A DNA stretch of 19,654 nt from Candidatus Tepidifontimicrobium thermophilum (GTDB lineage Bacteria > Sysuimicrobiota > Sysuimicrobiia > Sysuimicrobiales > Sysuimicrobiaceae). The stretch is taken from NCBI GenBank assembly GCA_031459915.1, contig JAVKHO010000028.1, positions 1 through 19,654 of the forward strand, read 5' to 3'. The notes under the pieces were generated by a model. That model was not told the DNA's origin. It saw only the letters and a program-made list of their open reading frames with translations, and ran no database searches. The position numbers and the translations under genes were made by a program. Each line of letters opens with the position of its first letter. The stretch's first letter is position 1. Positions 1 to 8,429 of this stretch are shown piece by piece.

Positions 1-287
1 TGTCCGGTGAGGTGGTAGCGGCGGTTGTGCCACTGGGCAAAGCGTCCGTGGAGGTCGCGCATGAAGGCTGGAAGGGCTGCTGCGGGGGCGCGGAGGAGGA
101 GGTGGACGTGGTTGGGCATCAGCACGTAGGCCAGCACGTCCACGCCGTAGCGCTCGGACAGGCGGCGGAGCAGCTTCAGGTACTCCTCGAAGGCATCAGG
201 GGTGTGGAACAGTCGCTCGCGGCGGTTGCCGCGGCTAGTGACGTGGTAGACGCCCTCGGGCAGCACTCCCCTGAGCCGGCGTGGCAC
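1..287 (-). mobile_element. REP-associated tyrosine transposase (RAYT / IS200-like Y1 HUH transposase), 5' part only, runs off the window edge
   Basis: Translated by hand from GTG at 287-285 (GAGGA RBS just upstream): MPRRLRGVLPEGVYHVTSRGNRRERLFHTPDAFEEYLKLLRRLSERYGVDVLAYVLMPNHVHLLLRAPAAALPAFMRDLHGRFAQWHNRRYHLTG..., open to base 1. It has the YHVxxRGN, LMPNHxHLL (HUH) and NRRY-x-x-x-G motifs of Y1_Tnp/RAYT proteins. It is missing from the ORF track because its stop is outside the window. Confidence 0.9.
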
Positions 288-347
288 GGCTTCCTCACCC
301 ACCGCTTCCGTCGTCCCACTGAATGAACGCAGCTGGCTGGCGTTTTG

Positions 348-403
348 GGGCCCTGTCCCCAGGGGACAGGGCCCAGAGGGACGGAACCCAGGGGGACAGG
401 GCC
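348..403. repeat. REP-like GC-rich palindrome plus extra arm copies next to the RAYT gene
   Basis: Perfect 13-bp inverted repeat GGGCCCTGTCCCC-A-GGGGACAGGGCCC (348-374), a degenerate GGGACGGAACCC unit (378-389) and a second copy of the right arm GGGGACAGGGCC (392-403). It lies about 60 nt upstream of the transposase start. Confidence 0.7.
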
Positions 404-407
404 GTGG

Positions 408-1079
408 CTACCGACGGGCCACCCGGAGGCCCACGACTAGGGCCGCAGCGAGGAAGCCGAAGGGAGGCAGGGCTTCCGGCCGGTGGACCCGGAGCTCGCC
501 GTTCCGGGGACGCGACCAGACGCTGGCGGACCACACGATGTCCGCGAGGGGAACGCCCAGGGGGTCGCGGAGCTGGTAGTGCAGGTCCCGCATGACCCAC
601 GGCTGCAGGGTGTGGAGGGTGGCGAGGGCCCGTCCGTCCGGCGCTACTACTACGAGGCGCTGACCCCGCAGAGGCAGCCCGAACCACCGACGGGGAAAGC
701 GCTGGAACATCAAGAGGCCGGCACCGGACGGTCTGAGCGCGCGCACGGGTTTGCGGTCCAGCCAGTCCCACTCCCGCTGGACGGTGAACGCGGGGCTGCC
801 GTCTGCAGCTTCCACGTGGAGGACCAGAGGGGTTAAGAGTCGCAGCTCGGTGTATTTGAGCCACCGCAACCACCGGTGGTCGCACCGCTCCACCGCCCGC
901 CCCGCCAGCTCCCCCTCCGGGGTGCGGATCTCAAACAGAGCGGTGGGGTCCAGAGCCCGATCCCCGCGGTGGATCCGCAGGTGCGGCCGGGTGAGGGGAT
1001 CCAGCGAGGGGGGCACGCCCAGCCACCCGCCCCACGCCCCCGGCCCCGTCAGACCTGCGGTCAGCTCCTCACCGGCCAT
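408..1079 (-). CDS. Scramblase / LURP-one-related (tubby C-terminal-like) protein, about 223 aa
   Basis: C-terminal part of track ORF 408..1553; likely start is ATG at 1079 (MAGEELTAG...). Repeated beta-hairpin pattern FEIRTPEGELAG / LHVEAADGSPAFTVQR / LVVVAPDGRALA / YQLRDPLGVPLA and a terminal hydrophobic helix (FGFLAAALVVGL) fit this fold. Confidence 0.6.
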   Translation of the reverse strand: MAGEELTAGLTGPGAWGGWLGVPPSLDPLTRPHLRIHRGDRALDPTALFEIRTPEGELAGRAVERCDHRWLRWLKYTELRLLTPLVLHVEAADGSPAFTVQREWDWLDRKPVRALRPSGAGLLMFQRFPRRWFGLPLRGQRLVVVAPDGRALATLHTLQPWVMRDLHYQLRDPLGVPLADIVWSASVWSRPRNGELRVHRPEALPPFGFLAAALVVGLRVARR

Positions 1080-1111
1080 CGTCCCCGACCTGGGTTGCTG
1101 TCTTAGGCTGC

Positions 1112-1140
1112 AGGGTAGTAAAGCGTCCGCCGTACCGCAA
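1112..1140 (-). promoter_or_regulatory. Putative sigma70-type promoter for the scramblase-like gene
   Basis: Minus strand TTGCGG (1140-1135), 17 nt, TACCCT (1117-1112), about 30 nt upstream of the ATG at 1079. Confidence 0.4.
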
Positions 1141-1334
1141 GGCCCAGACCGCGGGGCTGCGGACGCTGCGAGGGGAGTGGGTGAAGGTGGTATGGGATAC
1201 TCGTCCGCGGGTAGCGGGAACAGGTGGACCCCGGCCTGCGGAGCAGGCGCCGCGACGCGACGGGCGGCGAGGGCGAGCAGGAGAGCACGCGGATCAGGGC
1301 GAAGGCACCATTCACGGCAGGCGGGGGTGAGGGT

Positions 1335-2138
1335 ATGGAGGCACCGGTACAGCCCCTGACGTACGGACGGTACCTGCGGGTGCCCGAGCTGCTGTCCCTG
1401 CAGGCCCGCCTGAGCGAGGCCCACGACGAGCTGCAGTTCATCGTGGTCCACCAGGTCTTCGAGCTGTGGTTCAAGCTGGCCCTCTTCGAGCTGGAGGCAG
1501 CGCGGCAGAGCCTGGACCACGACCAGCTGCGTGAGGCGGCACGGCTGCTGCACCGGTCCACGGCGGTGCTTCGGACCGCCACCTCGGCCTTCGACGTTCT
1601 GGAGACTATGCGTCCGTGGGACTTCCTGGAGTTCCGGTCGCGGCTGAAGCCGGCCAGCGGATTCCAGAGCCGCCAGTTCCGAGAGCTGGAGTTTCTCTCA
1701 GGGCTCAAGGACCCGCGCTACCTGCGAAACTTCGAGTCCGACCCCGAAGACTGGACCGCGCTGCAGCGCCGCCTCCATGAGCCCAGCCTGTGGGACGCTT
1801 TCGTGGGGGTGCTCCGGCGGCAGGGGCTGCCGGCTGACGAGGAGCCCCGACTCCTTGAAGCCCTCATCCGGGTGCTCCGGGACTCTGGGTCAGAACTGAA
1901 CCGGCTGTGCGAGGTCCTCGTGGAGTACGACGAGACGCTGGCCCTGTGGCGGTACCGTCACCTGCTGATGGTGGAGCGGGTGATCGGGGCCCGCCCCGGC
2001 ACGGGAGCGGAGGACGTGCACAGAGCCTTCCAGGACTCCCGGGATTACTTCACGGGCGTGGGCTACCTGCGGGACACGCTGTCCAAGCGGTGCTTCCCCC
2101 TGCTGTGGGAGGCCCGGACCTTCGTGGAGCGGGAATGA
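1335..2138 (+). CDS. kynA: Tryptophan 2,3-dioxygenase, about 267 aa
   Basis: ATG 1335 after GGTGAGGG. TDO motifs LTYGRYL, HDELQFIVVHQVFELWFK, FLEFRSRLKPASGFQSRQFRELEF, WRYRHLLMVERVIG (proximal haem His) and FPLLWEART. Confidence 0.95.
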   Translation: MEAPVQPLTYGRYLRVPELLSLQARLSEAHDELQFIVVHQVFELWFKLALFELEAARQSLDHDQLREAARLLHRSTAVLRTATSAFDVLETMRPWDFLEFRSRLKPASGFQSRQFRELEFLSGLKDPRYLRNFESDPEDWTALQRRLHEPSLWDAFVGVLRRQGLPADEEPRLLEALIRVLRDSGSELNRLCEVLVEYDETLALWRYRHLLMVERVIGARPGTGAEDVHRAFQDSRDYFTGVGYLRDTLSKRCFPLLWEARTFVERE

Positions 2139-3289
2139 TGGAAGACGTCCTTTTGCGGTGGAGACGGGAGTTTCCGATCCTTGAGCGCACCACGTACCTC
2201 GTCTCCCACTCCATGGGAGCGATGCCGCACTCCGCGCGCGTGTGGGTCCAGCGCTACCTGGACGCGTGGGAGACAGAGGGCGTGACCGCGTGGGAGACGT
2301 GGGAGGCGTACCTCCGGGACCACGCGGACCGGATCGCGCAGCTCATCGGGGCTCCACCGGGCAGCGTGGTGATGCACCAGAACGTCACCACCCTGTTCGG
2401 CGCCCTGCTGTCGGCCCTGGTCCGGCCGGGGCGAAGGCGCAAGGTCGTCGCCACGGACCTGAACTTCCCGTCCCTCCTGTACACGGTCCGCGCCCACGAG
2501 TCTTTGGGGCTGCAGCTGGAGCTGATCCACAGCCCCGACGGCGCCACGATCCCCGTGGACGCCTGGGCGCAGGCGGTGGACACCCGGACTCTGGCCGTCC
2601 TGGTGGACCACGGGATTTTCCGGTCGGGTTTCTTGCAGGACGTAGTAGCCATCGGGGAGCTGGCCCGTCGACGCGGGGCGTGGGTGGTGGTGGACGCGTA
2701 CCAGACGGCCGGCTGCGTCCCCTTTGACGTCCGGGACTGGCCCGTGGACGTGGTTTTGGGAGGGTCGCACAAGTGGCTGTGCGGGGGCCCGGGGGCCGCC
2801 TGGATGTACGTGGCCCCGGAGCAGGCAGACCGGCTGGAACCCGCGCTGGCAGGCTGGTTCGGGCACCGCGAGCCGTTCGCCTTCGACCTGGAGCTGAGCT
2901 ACGCAGCCGGGGCGATGCGGTTTGCCACCGGCACCCCGGGGATGGCGGCCCTGTTCGCGGCTCGAGCCGGACTGGAGGTCGTCCTGGAAGTGGGCGTACG
3001 GGCGATCCGGGAGTGGTCTCAAGCCCTCGGCCAGCAGATGGTGGACCGCGCGGACTCCCTCGGGCTGGAAGTCCGGAGCCCCCGAAACCCGGAACTCAGG
3101 ACGGGCATGGTGGTGGTGGACTTCCCGGGTGCGGAGGAGACTGCACGGGACCTGGTGGCCCGGAAGATTCTGGTGGACTACCGCCCGGGAGCCGGCATCC
3201 GTATGTCCGCGCACTTCTACACTCACCCGCAAGAGGTGCAGGCGGCCTTCGAGGTCATCGGCGACCTGGCGCGACGCGTTCGCCGGTAG
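2135..3289 (+). CDS. kynU: Kynureninase-like PLP enzyme (aminotransferase class V fold), about 384 aa
   Basis: ATGA overlap with the kynA stop. RREFPIL..TYLVSHSMG, VVVDAYQ, GGSHKWLCGGPG (PLP Lys), LEPALAGWFGH..PFAF, RFATGTP, VDYRPGAGIRMSAHFY. The fold is certain; the kynU assignment rests on these motifs plus coupling to TDO. Confidence 0.8.
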   Translation: MMEDVLLRWRREFPILERTTYLVSHSMGAMPHSARVWVQRYLDAWETEGVTAWETWEAYLRDHADRIAQLIGAPPGSVVMHQNVTTLFGALLSALVRPGRRRKVVATDLNFPSLLYTVRAHESLGLQLELIHSPDGATIPVDAWAQAVDTRTLAVLVDHGIFRSGFLQDVVAIGELARRRGAWVVVDAYQTAGCVPFDVRDWPVDVVLGGSHKWLCGGPGAAWMYVAPEQADRLEPALAGWFGHREPFAFDLELSYAAGAMRFATGTPGMAALFAARAGLEVVLEVGVRAIREWSQALGQQMVDRADSLGLEVRSPRNPELRTGMVVVDFPGAEETARDLVARKILVDYRPGAGIRMSAHFYTHPQEVQAAFEVIGDLARRVRR

Positions 3290-3343
3290 CCGGAGGGGGA
3301 ACGGACGTCACGATCCTCAGGGGTGGGTCCGCACGGTAGATAG

Positions 3344-3373
3344 TTGACAAGTCAAAATTTGACCCGTTAGAGT
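3344..3373 (+). promoter_or_regulatory. Sigma70-type promoter of the abm operon overlapped by palindromic operator(s)
   Basis: Consensus TTGACA (3344-3349), 18 nt, TAGAGT (3368-3373) in a strongly AT-rich patch. Inverted repeats TTGAC-AA-GTCAA (3344-3355) and GTCAAA-A-TTTGAC (3351-3363). RBS GGAGG at 3400-3404. Confidence 0.75.
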
Positions 3374-3414
3374 TGAGCCAAGTCCACGAGACGGTCGACG
3401 GAGGTCGCGGGGCC

Positions 3415-5811
3415 ATGCGGGTGGTGTGTGTCGGTGGTGGTCCCGGGGGGTTGTACGCGGCCATCCTCCTGCGGAAGCTGGACCCCCGCTGTCGGGTGGT
3501 GGTCTACGAACGCAACCGGCCCGACGACACCTTCGGGTGGGGCGTGGTCCTCTCGGACAGCACCCTCGGCAGCCTGCAGGTCGCGGACCGCGAGAGCTAC
3601 GACGAGATCCAGCGGGCCTTCTACCACTGGGACGACATCGAGATTCACTTCCGGGGGCGGGTGATCCGGTCCGGCGGACACGGCTTCGCCGGGATCGCCC
3701 GGACGACCCTGCTGCGCATCCTGCAGGACCGCGCCCGGTCCCTGGGCGCGGAGCTGGTGTTCCAGCACGAGGTGGAGGACGTGGAGGAGCTCGCCCGGGA
3801 CGCGGACCTGGTGGTGGCGGCGGACGGCGTGAACAGCCGGACCCGCAGCCGCTACGGGGACGCCTTCGGGGCGGAGGTGGAGTGGGGCCGGTGCCGCTAC
3901 GTGTGGCTGGGAACCCACCGCCCCTTCGACGCCTTCACCTTCGCGTTCCAGGAGACCCCGTGGGGATGGTTCACCGTGCACGCGTACCCCTTCGACGGCG
4001 GGACCAGCACCTTCATCGTGGAGACCCCCGAGGAGGTGTGGCGCGCCGCGGGCCTGGACCGTATGGACAAGGACGAGTCCATCGCCTTCTGCGAGGCGCT
4101 GTTCGGCTGGCTCCTGCAGGGGCACCGGCTGATGTCCAACGCCGCGCACCTGCGGGGTTCGGCCCACTGGCTGCGTTTTCCCTGGCTGCAGTGCCGTCGG
4201 TGGGTCCACGCCCTGGAGGTGGACGGCCGGCGCGTCCCCCTGGTCCTGTTGGGAGACGCCGCACACACCGTTCACTTCTCCGTGGGTTCTGGCACGCGGC
4301 TGGCCATGGAGGACGCCATCGGGCTCGCCAAGGCCCTGGCCCAGCACGGCTGGCAGGACCGGGACTCCCTGCAGGCGGCGGTGGAGCGGTACGAGGCGGA
4401 GCGCCAGACGGAGCTGCTGCGCCTGCGCAACGCCGGCCGGAATTCCGCGGAGTGGTTCGAGAACGTCCGCCGCTACGTGCACCTCGAGCCGGAGCAGTTC
4501 GCGTACACCCTCCTGACCCGGTCCCAACGGCTGTTCCACGAGGAGCTGCGGCGGAGGGACCCGCAGTACGTGGCGTCCTTCGAGCGGTGGTTCGCCGGCC
4601 GGTGCGGCCTCGGGGAGCGGCCCGTCCCTCCCATGTTCACGCCCTTCCAGCTCCGGGGGGTCCGGCTGAAGAACCGGGTGGTGGTCTCGCCCATGGCGAT
4701 GTACTCCGCGGAGGACGGCACCGTAGGCGACTTCCACCTGGTCCACCTGGGTGCTCGGGCGCTCGGCGGCGCGGCGCTGGTGTTCACCGAGATGACGTGC
4801 GTGTCCCGCGAGGGGCGTATCAGCCCGGGCTGCGCGGGGCTGTACAAGCCGGAGCACGTGGAGGCCTGGCGGCGGATCGTGCAGTTCGTGCACCAGCACA
4901 CCGACGCCAGGATCGGGATCCAGCTGGGCCACTCGGGGCCCAAGGGCTCCACCCGGGTGGGCTGGGAGGGCTACCACGAGCCCCTTCCAGAGGGGAACTG
5001 GCCCGTGATGGGACCCTCCCCGATCCCCTGGGGGCCGGGGAACCAAATTCCGCGCGAGATGACCCGGGAGGACATGGACCGCGTGGTGGCGGAGTTCGTC
5101 CGGGCGACCCGGTGGGCCGCGGAGTGCGGGTTCGACTGGCTGGAGGTCCACTGCGCTCACGGGTACCTGCTGTCCGCCTTCATCAGCCCCCTTACGAACC
5201 GCAGGACCGACGCGTACGGGGGGAGCCTGGAGAACCGCATGCGGTTTCCCCTGGAGGTGGTGCGCGCGGTGCGGGACGTCTGGCCGGACCACCTGCCGCT
5301 GTCGGTCCGCATCTCCGCCCACGACTGGGCGCCCGGCGGCGTCACACCGGACGACGCGGTGCAGATCGCGCGGATGTTCAAAGAGGTGGGGGTGGATCTC
5401 ATCGACGTGTCCAGCGGCCAGACCACCCGGGACGCCCGGCCCGCCTACGGCCGCCTGTACCAGACGCCGTTTGCGGACCGCATCCGCCACGAGGTGGGGA
5501 TCGCCACCATGGCGGTGGGATCCATCTACGAGGCAGACCATGTGAACTCCATCATCGCCGCCGGTCGGGCTGACCTGTGCGCCATCGCGCGTCCCCACCT
5601 GGCGAACCCCCACTGGACCTTGGTGGAGGCGGCGCGGATCGGCTACCCGGACGTGCCTTGGCCCAAGCAGTACCTGGACGGCAAGGACCAGCTGGAGCGC
5701 TTGATGGCCCGCGCCCGGGCGGCCGAGGAGGGCGGACGGGCGGCTCTGGAGGAGCTGGAGAGGGTGCTGGCCCGCGCGGCGCAGGACCGGGCGCGGGTGA
5801 CGGTGGGCTAG
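3415..5811 (+). CDS. abmA: 2-aminobenzoyl-CoA (anthraniloyl-CoA) monooxygenase/reductase (bifunctional salicylyl-CoA 5-hydroxylase/oxidoreductase family), about 798 aa
   Basis: ATG 3415 after GGAGG. N-terminal FAD monooxygenase ([50 protein letters not shown]) fused to an Old Yellow Enzyme-type flavin reductase ([39 protein letters not shown]). Confidence 0.93.
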   Translation: MRVVCVGGGPGGLYAAILLRKLDPRCRVVVYERNRPDDTFGWGVVLSDSTLGSLQVADRESYDEIQRAFYHWDDIEIHFRGRVIRSGGHGFAGIARTTLLRILQDRARSLGAELVFQHEVEDVEELARDADLVVAADGVNSRTRSRYGDAFGAEVEWGRCRYVWLGTHRPFDAFTFAFQETPWGWFTVHAYPFDGGTSTFIVETPEEVWRAAGLDRMDKDESIAFCEALFGWLLQGHRLMSNAAHLRGSAHWLRFPWLQCRRWVHALEVDGRRVPLVLLGDAAHTVHFSVGSGTRLAMEDAIGLAKALAQHGWQDRDSLQAAVERYEAERQTELLRLRNAGRNSAEWFENVRRYVHLEPEQFAYTLLTRSQRLFHEELRRRDPQYVASFERWFAGRCGLGERPVPPMFTPFQLRGVRLKNRVVVSPMAMYSAEDGTVGDFHLVHLGARALGGAALVFTEMTCVSREGRISPGCAGLYKPEHVEAWRRIVQFVHQHTDARIGIQLGHSGPKGSTRVGWEGYHEPLPEGNWPVMGPSPIPWGPGNQIPREMTREDMDRVVAEFVRATRWAAECGFDWLEVHCAHGYLLSAFISPLTNRRTDAYGGSLENRMRFPLEVVRAVRDVWPDHLPLSVRISAHDWAPGGVTPDDAVQIARMFKEVGVDLIDVSSGQTTRDARPAYGRLYQTPFADRIRHEVGIATMAVGSIYEADHVNSIIAAGRADLCAIARPHLANPHWTLVEAARIGYPDVPWPKQYLDGKDQLERLMARARAAEEGGRAALEELERVLARAAQDRARVTVG

Positions 5812-5823
5812 CCGGAGGTCCCG

Positions 5824-6345
5824 GTGCCGTCGAGGAAGCATGGGGCGGTGGAGCTTCTGGGGCTGGAAGCCCGCGCTACGGAGGAGGACCACAAGTCCAT
5901 CCGGCTGTGGCTGCGGCTCCTGTCGGCCACCAATCTGGTGAAGAACGAGGTGCAGTCGCGGTTGAGGCGCACCTTCGGGACCACCCTGGCCCGGTTCGAC
6001 CTGCTGGCGCAGCTGGAACGGCACCCGGAAGGGCTGGCCATGGGGCCGCTTTCGAAGCGCATGATGGTGACCGCGGGCAACGTGACGCGGCTGGTGGACC
6101 AGCTGGAGGCCGAGGGTCTGGTGACCCGTGTCCCGGACCCGCGGGACCGCCGGACGGTCCGGGTGCGCCTGACCGCGGAGGGGCGGCGGCGGTTCGCCGC
6201 GATGGCCGCGGTCCACGAGGGCTGGATCGTAGAACTGTTCCGGGGACTGTCCCGGGAGGACCGCGAGCAACTGTACGGGCTGCTGGCGGCACTCAAGCAG
6301 AGCGTGGCGCGGGCGCTGGCACGGGAGGGAGGTCGGGCGGGATGA
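5824..6345 (+). CDS. MarR-family transcriptional regulator, 173 aa
   Basis: GTG after GGAGG (5814-5818). [42 protein letters not shown]...VRLTAEGRR winged-helix signature. Confidence 0.93.
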   Translation: MPSRKHGAVELLGLEARATEEDHKSIRLWLRLLSATNLVKNEVQSRLRRTFGTTLARFDLLAQLERHPEGLAMGPLSKRMMVTAGNVTRLVDQLEAEGLVTRVPDPRDRRTVRVRLTAEGRRRFAAMAAVHEGWIVELFRGLSREDREQLYGLLAALKQSVARALAREGGRAG

Positions 6346-7202
6346 CGGAGTGGACGCGGTTCATGAGACCTGTCTGGATGCCGGGGGACACAGGGGGTCT
6401 AGAGGGGTTCCGGCCCGAGCACGTGGACTGGTCGGTAGACGACGGGGTGGGGACTGTGACCCTACGCCGGCCCCACCGGAAGAACGCCCTGACCTTCGAC
6501 AGCTACGGTGAGCTACGGGACCTGTTCACGCGCCTAGCCGCTGCCCCGGAGGTCCGCGTGGTGGTGCTGACCGGAGCGGGCGGGGAGTTCTCTTCGGGCG
6601 GGGACGTGTTCGACATCATCGGCCGGCTGGTGGAGACGGACATGCCGGGGCTAGTGCGCTTCACCCGCATGACCACGGAGGTGGTCCGGCAGATGCGCCG
6701 GTGCCCGCAACCCCTCATCGCGGCGGTGGACGGGGTGTGCGCGGGCGCGGGCGCGGCCCTGGCCCTGGCCTGCGACCTGCGGGTCGGGACCCCGCGCAGC
6801 CGGGTGGGTTTCCTGTTCACCCGCGTGGGCCTGGCGGGCTGCGACATGGGAGCCTGCGCCCTACTGCCGCGGGTAGTGGGAGCCGGCCGGGCCGCGGAGC
6901 TCCTGTACACCGGCCGCATGCTGGAGGCGGAGGAGGCGGAGCGCTGGGGGTTCTTCAACCGCGTGGTGCCGTCGGAGGAACTGATGCCCGCGGCGTGGGA
7001 GCTGGCGCGGGAGCTGGCTACTGGCCCTTCGTTCGCGCTGGCCATGACCAAGCGGATGCTGATGCAGGAGTGGAGCCTAGGCGTGGACGAGGCGCTGGAG
7101 GCGGAGGCGCAGGCGCAGGCCATCTGCATGGCCACCCGGGACTTCGACCGGGCGTACCGGGCTTTCGCCTCCCGGGCGAAACCTGAGTTCCAGGGGGACT
7201 GA
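6342..7202 (+). CDS. Enoyl-CoA hydratase/isomerase (crotonase) family protein, about 286 aa
   Basis: ATGA overlap with the marR stop, [68 protein letters not shown]. Confidence 0.92.
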   Translation: MTEWTRFMRPVWMPGDTGGLEGFRPEHVDWSVDDGVGTVTLRRPHRKNALTFDSYGELRDLFTRLAAAPEVRVVVLTGAGGEFSSGGDVFDIIGRLVETDMPGLVRFTRMTTEVVRQMRRCPQPLIAAVDGVCAGAGAALALACDLRVGTPRSRVGFLFTRVGLAGCDMGACALLPRVVGAGRAAELLYTGRMLEAEEAERWGFFNRVVPSEELMPAAWELARELATGPSFALAMTKRMLMQEWSLGVDEALEAEAQAQAICMATRDFDRAYRAFASRAKPEFQGD

Positions 7203-7208
7203 CCGCGG

Positions 7209-8429
7209 ATGCGGGGTCCGGACTTCCTGGACTGGCCCTTCTTCGAGCCGCACCACCGCGTGCTGTGCGCGGACCTGGAGGGCTGGGCCCGGGAGGCGTT
7301 GCGGTGGAGCGAGCCGGAGGACGTGGACGCGGCCTGCCGGCGCCTCGTGACGGACCTCGGCCGGGCGGGCTGGCTGCGTTACGCGGTATGCGGCCGGGAG
7401 TTCGGGGCGGCGCAGGACGCCCTGGACGTCCGCAGCCTGTGTCTGATCCGGGACACCCTCGCGTACCACCACGGCCTTGCGGACTTCGCTTTCGCCCTTC
7501 AGGGACTGGGCTCCGGGCCCCTGAGCCTGTTCGGCAGCGAAGCGCAGCGCCGACGGTACCTACCCAGGGTGGCGGCCGGGGAGTGGGTGGCGGCGTTCGC
7601 GCTCACGGAACCGGAGGCCGGCTCCGACGCGGCCGCCCTGCGGTGCGAGGCAAAGCCTGCGGACGGCGGCTACCTGCTCAACGGCACCAAGACCTTCGTG
7701 TCCAACGGGGGGATCGCGGACTTCTACGTGGTGTTCGCGCGGACCGGCGAGGCACCGGGCGCGCGCGGGATCACCGCCTTCGTGGTGGACTCAGGTAGCG
7801 CGGGAGTTGAGGTAGCCGAGCGCATCCAGACTTCCGCGCCTCACCCCCTTGCGAGGCTGCGCTTTTCCGACTGCTGGATCCCCTCCACACAGCGGGTGGG
7901 AGGCCCGGGCGAGGGGTTCCGGATCGCCATGCGGACCCTGGACGTGTTCCGGACCACGGTGGCCGCCGCGGCCGTGGGTTTTGCCCGCCGCGCCCTGGAG
8001 GAAGCCCTGGACCGGGCGGTGGCCCGGCGGCTGTTCGGCGGGACCCTGGCCGACCTGCAGCTCACCCAGGCCCGGCTGGCGGACATGGCAGCGCGGGTGG
8101 ATGCCTCCGCCCTGCTCACGTACCGGGCTAGTTGGCTGCACGACCGCGGGGCCCGAGCGGTGAGGGAAGCTGCTATGGCCAAGATGGTGGCCACCGAGAA
8201 CGCCCAGCAGGTGGTGGACGCGGCGGTCCAGCTGTGGGGAGGGCTGGGGGTCACCCGGGGCACCGTGGTGGAGTCCCTGTACCGGTACGTGCGGGCCCTG
8301 CGCATCTACGAGGGCGCTACGGAGGTCCAGCAGCTGGTGGTGGCGAGGGAGCTGCTGCGTGGCCGGCACACCGCGGAGGAGGGGGGAGAGCATGGCACAG
8401 ACGGCTCTGGTGGACCGGTTCGTCCTTGA
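7209..8429 (+). CDS. Acyl-CoA dehydrogenase family protein, 406 aa
   Basis: [58 protein letters not shown] (catalytic Glu position). Confidence 0.95.
   Translation: MRGPDFLDWPFFEPHHRVLCADLEGWAREALRWSEPEDVDAACRRLVTDLGRAGWLRYAVCGREFGAAQDALDVRSLCLIRDTLAYHHGLADFAFALQGLGSGPLSLFGSEAQRRRYLPRVAAGEWVAAFALTEPEAGSDAAALRCEAKPADGGYLLNGTKTFVSNGGIADFYVVFARTGEAPGARGITAFVVDSGSAGVEVAERIQTSAPHPLARLRFSDCWIPSTQRVGGPGEGFRIAMRTLDVFRTTVAAAAVGFARRALEEALDRAVARRLFGGTLADLQLTQARLADMAARVDASALLTYRASWLHDRGARAVREAAMAKMVATENAQQVVDAAVQLWGGLGVTRGTVVESLYRYVRALRIYEGATEVQQLVVARELLRGRHTAEEGGEHGTDGSGGPVRP

Noticed and set aside
12..326. + strand 104-aa ORF
   Set aside because: Antisense shadow of the minus-strand Y1 transposase, which carries the recognisable motifs.
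348..403. Possible CRISPR array
   Set aside because: Only 2-3 short units, no 25-40-nt unique spacers and no cas genes in the window.
6243..6253. GGGACTGTCCC palindrome resembling the REP-like motif
   Set aside because: Short, inside the marR coding sequence, and plausible by chance in GC-rich DNA.
3367..6270. 967-aa minus-strand ORF and other long antisense or alternative-frame ORFs (for example 8317-9891, 13174-15033, 3426-5573)
   Set aside because: They overlap well-supported genes, show no family motifs, and long stop-free shadow frames are expected at this GC content.
5577..6341. Long N-terminal extensions in the ORF track (ECH from 5577, ATPase from 12781, SDR from 14754, kynU from 1907, ImmA from 18460, Rid from 9905, scramblase from 1553)
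   Set aside because: The extensions overlap neighbouring genes and are low-complexity; better starts with an RBS or stop/start overlap exist downstream.
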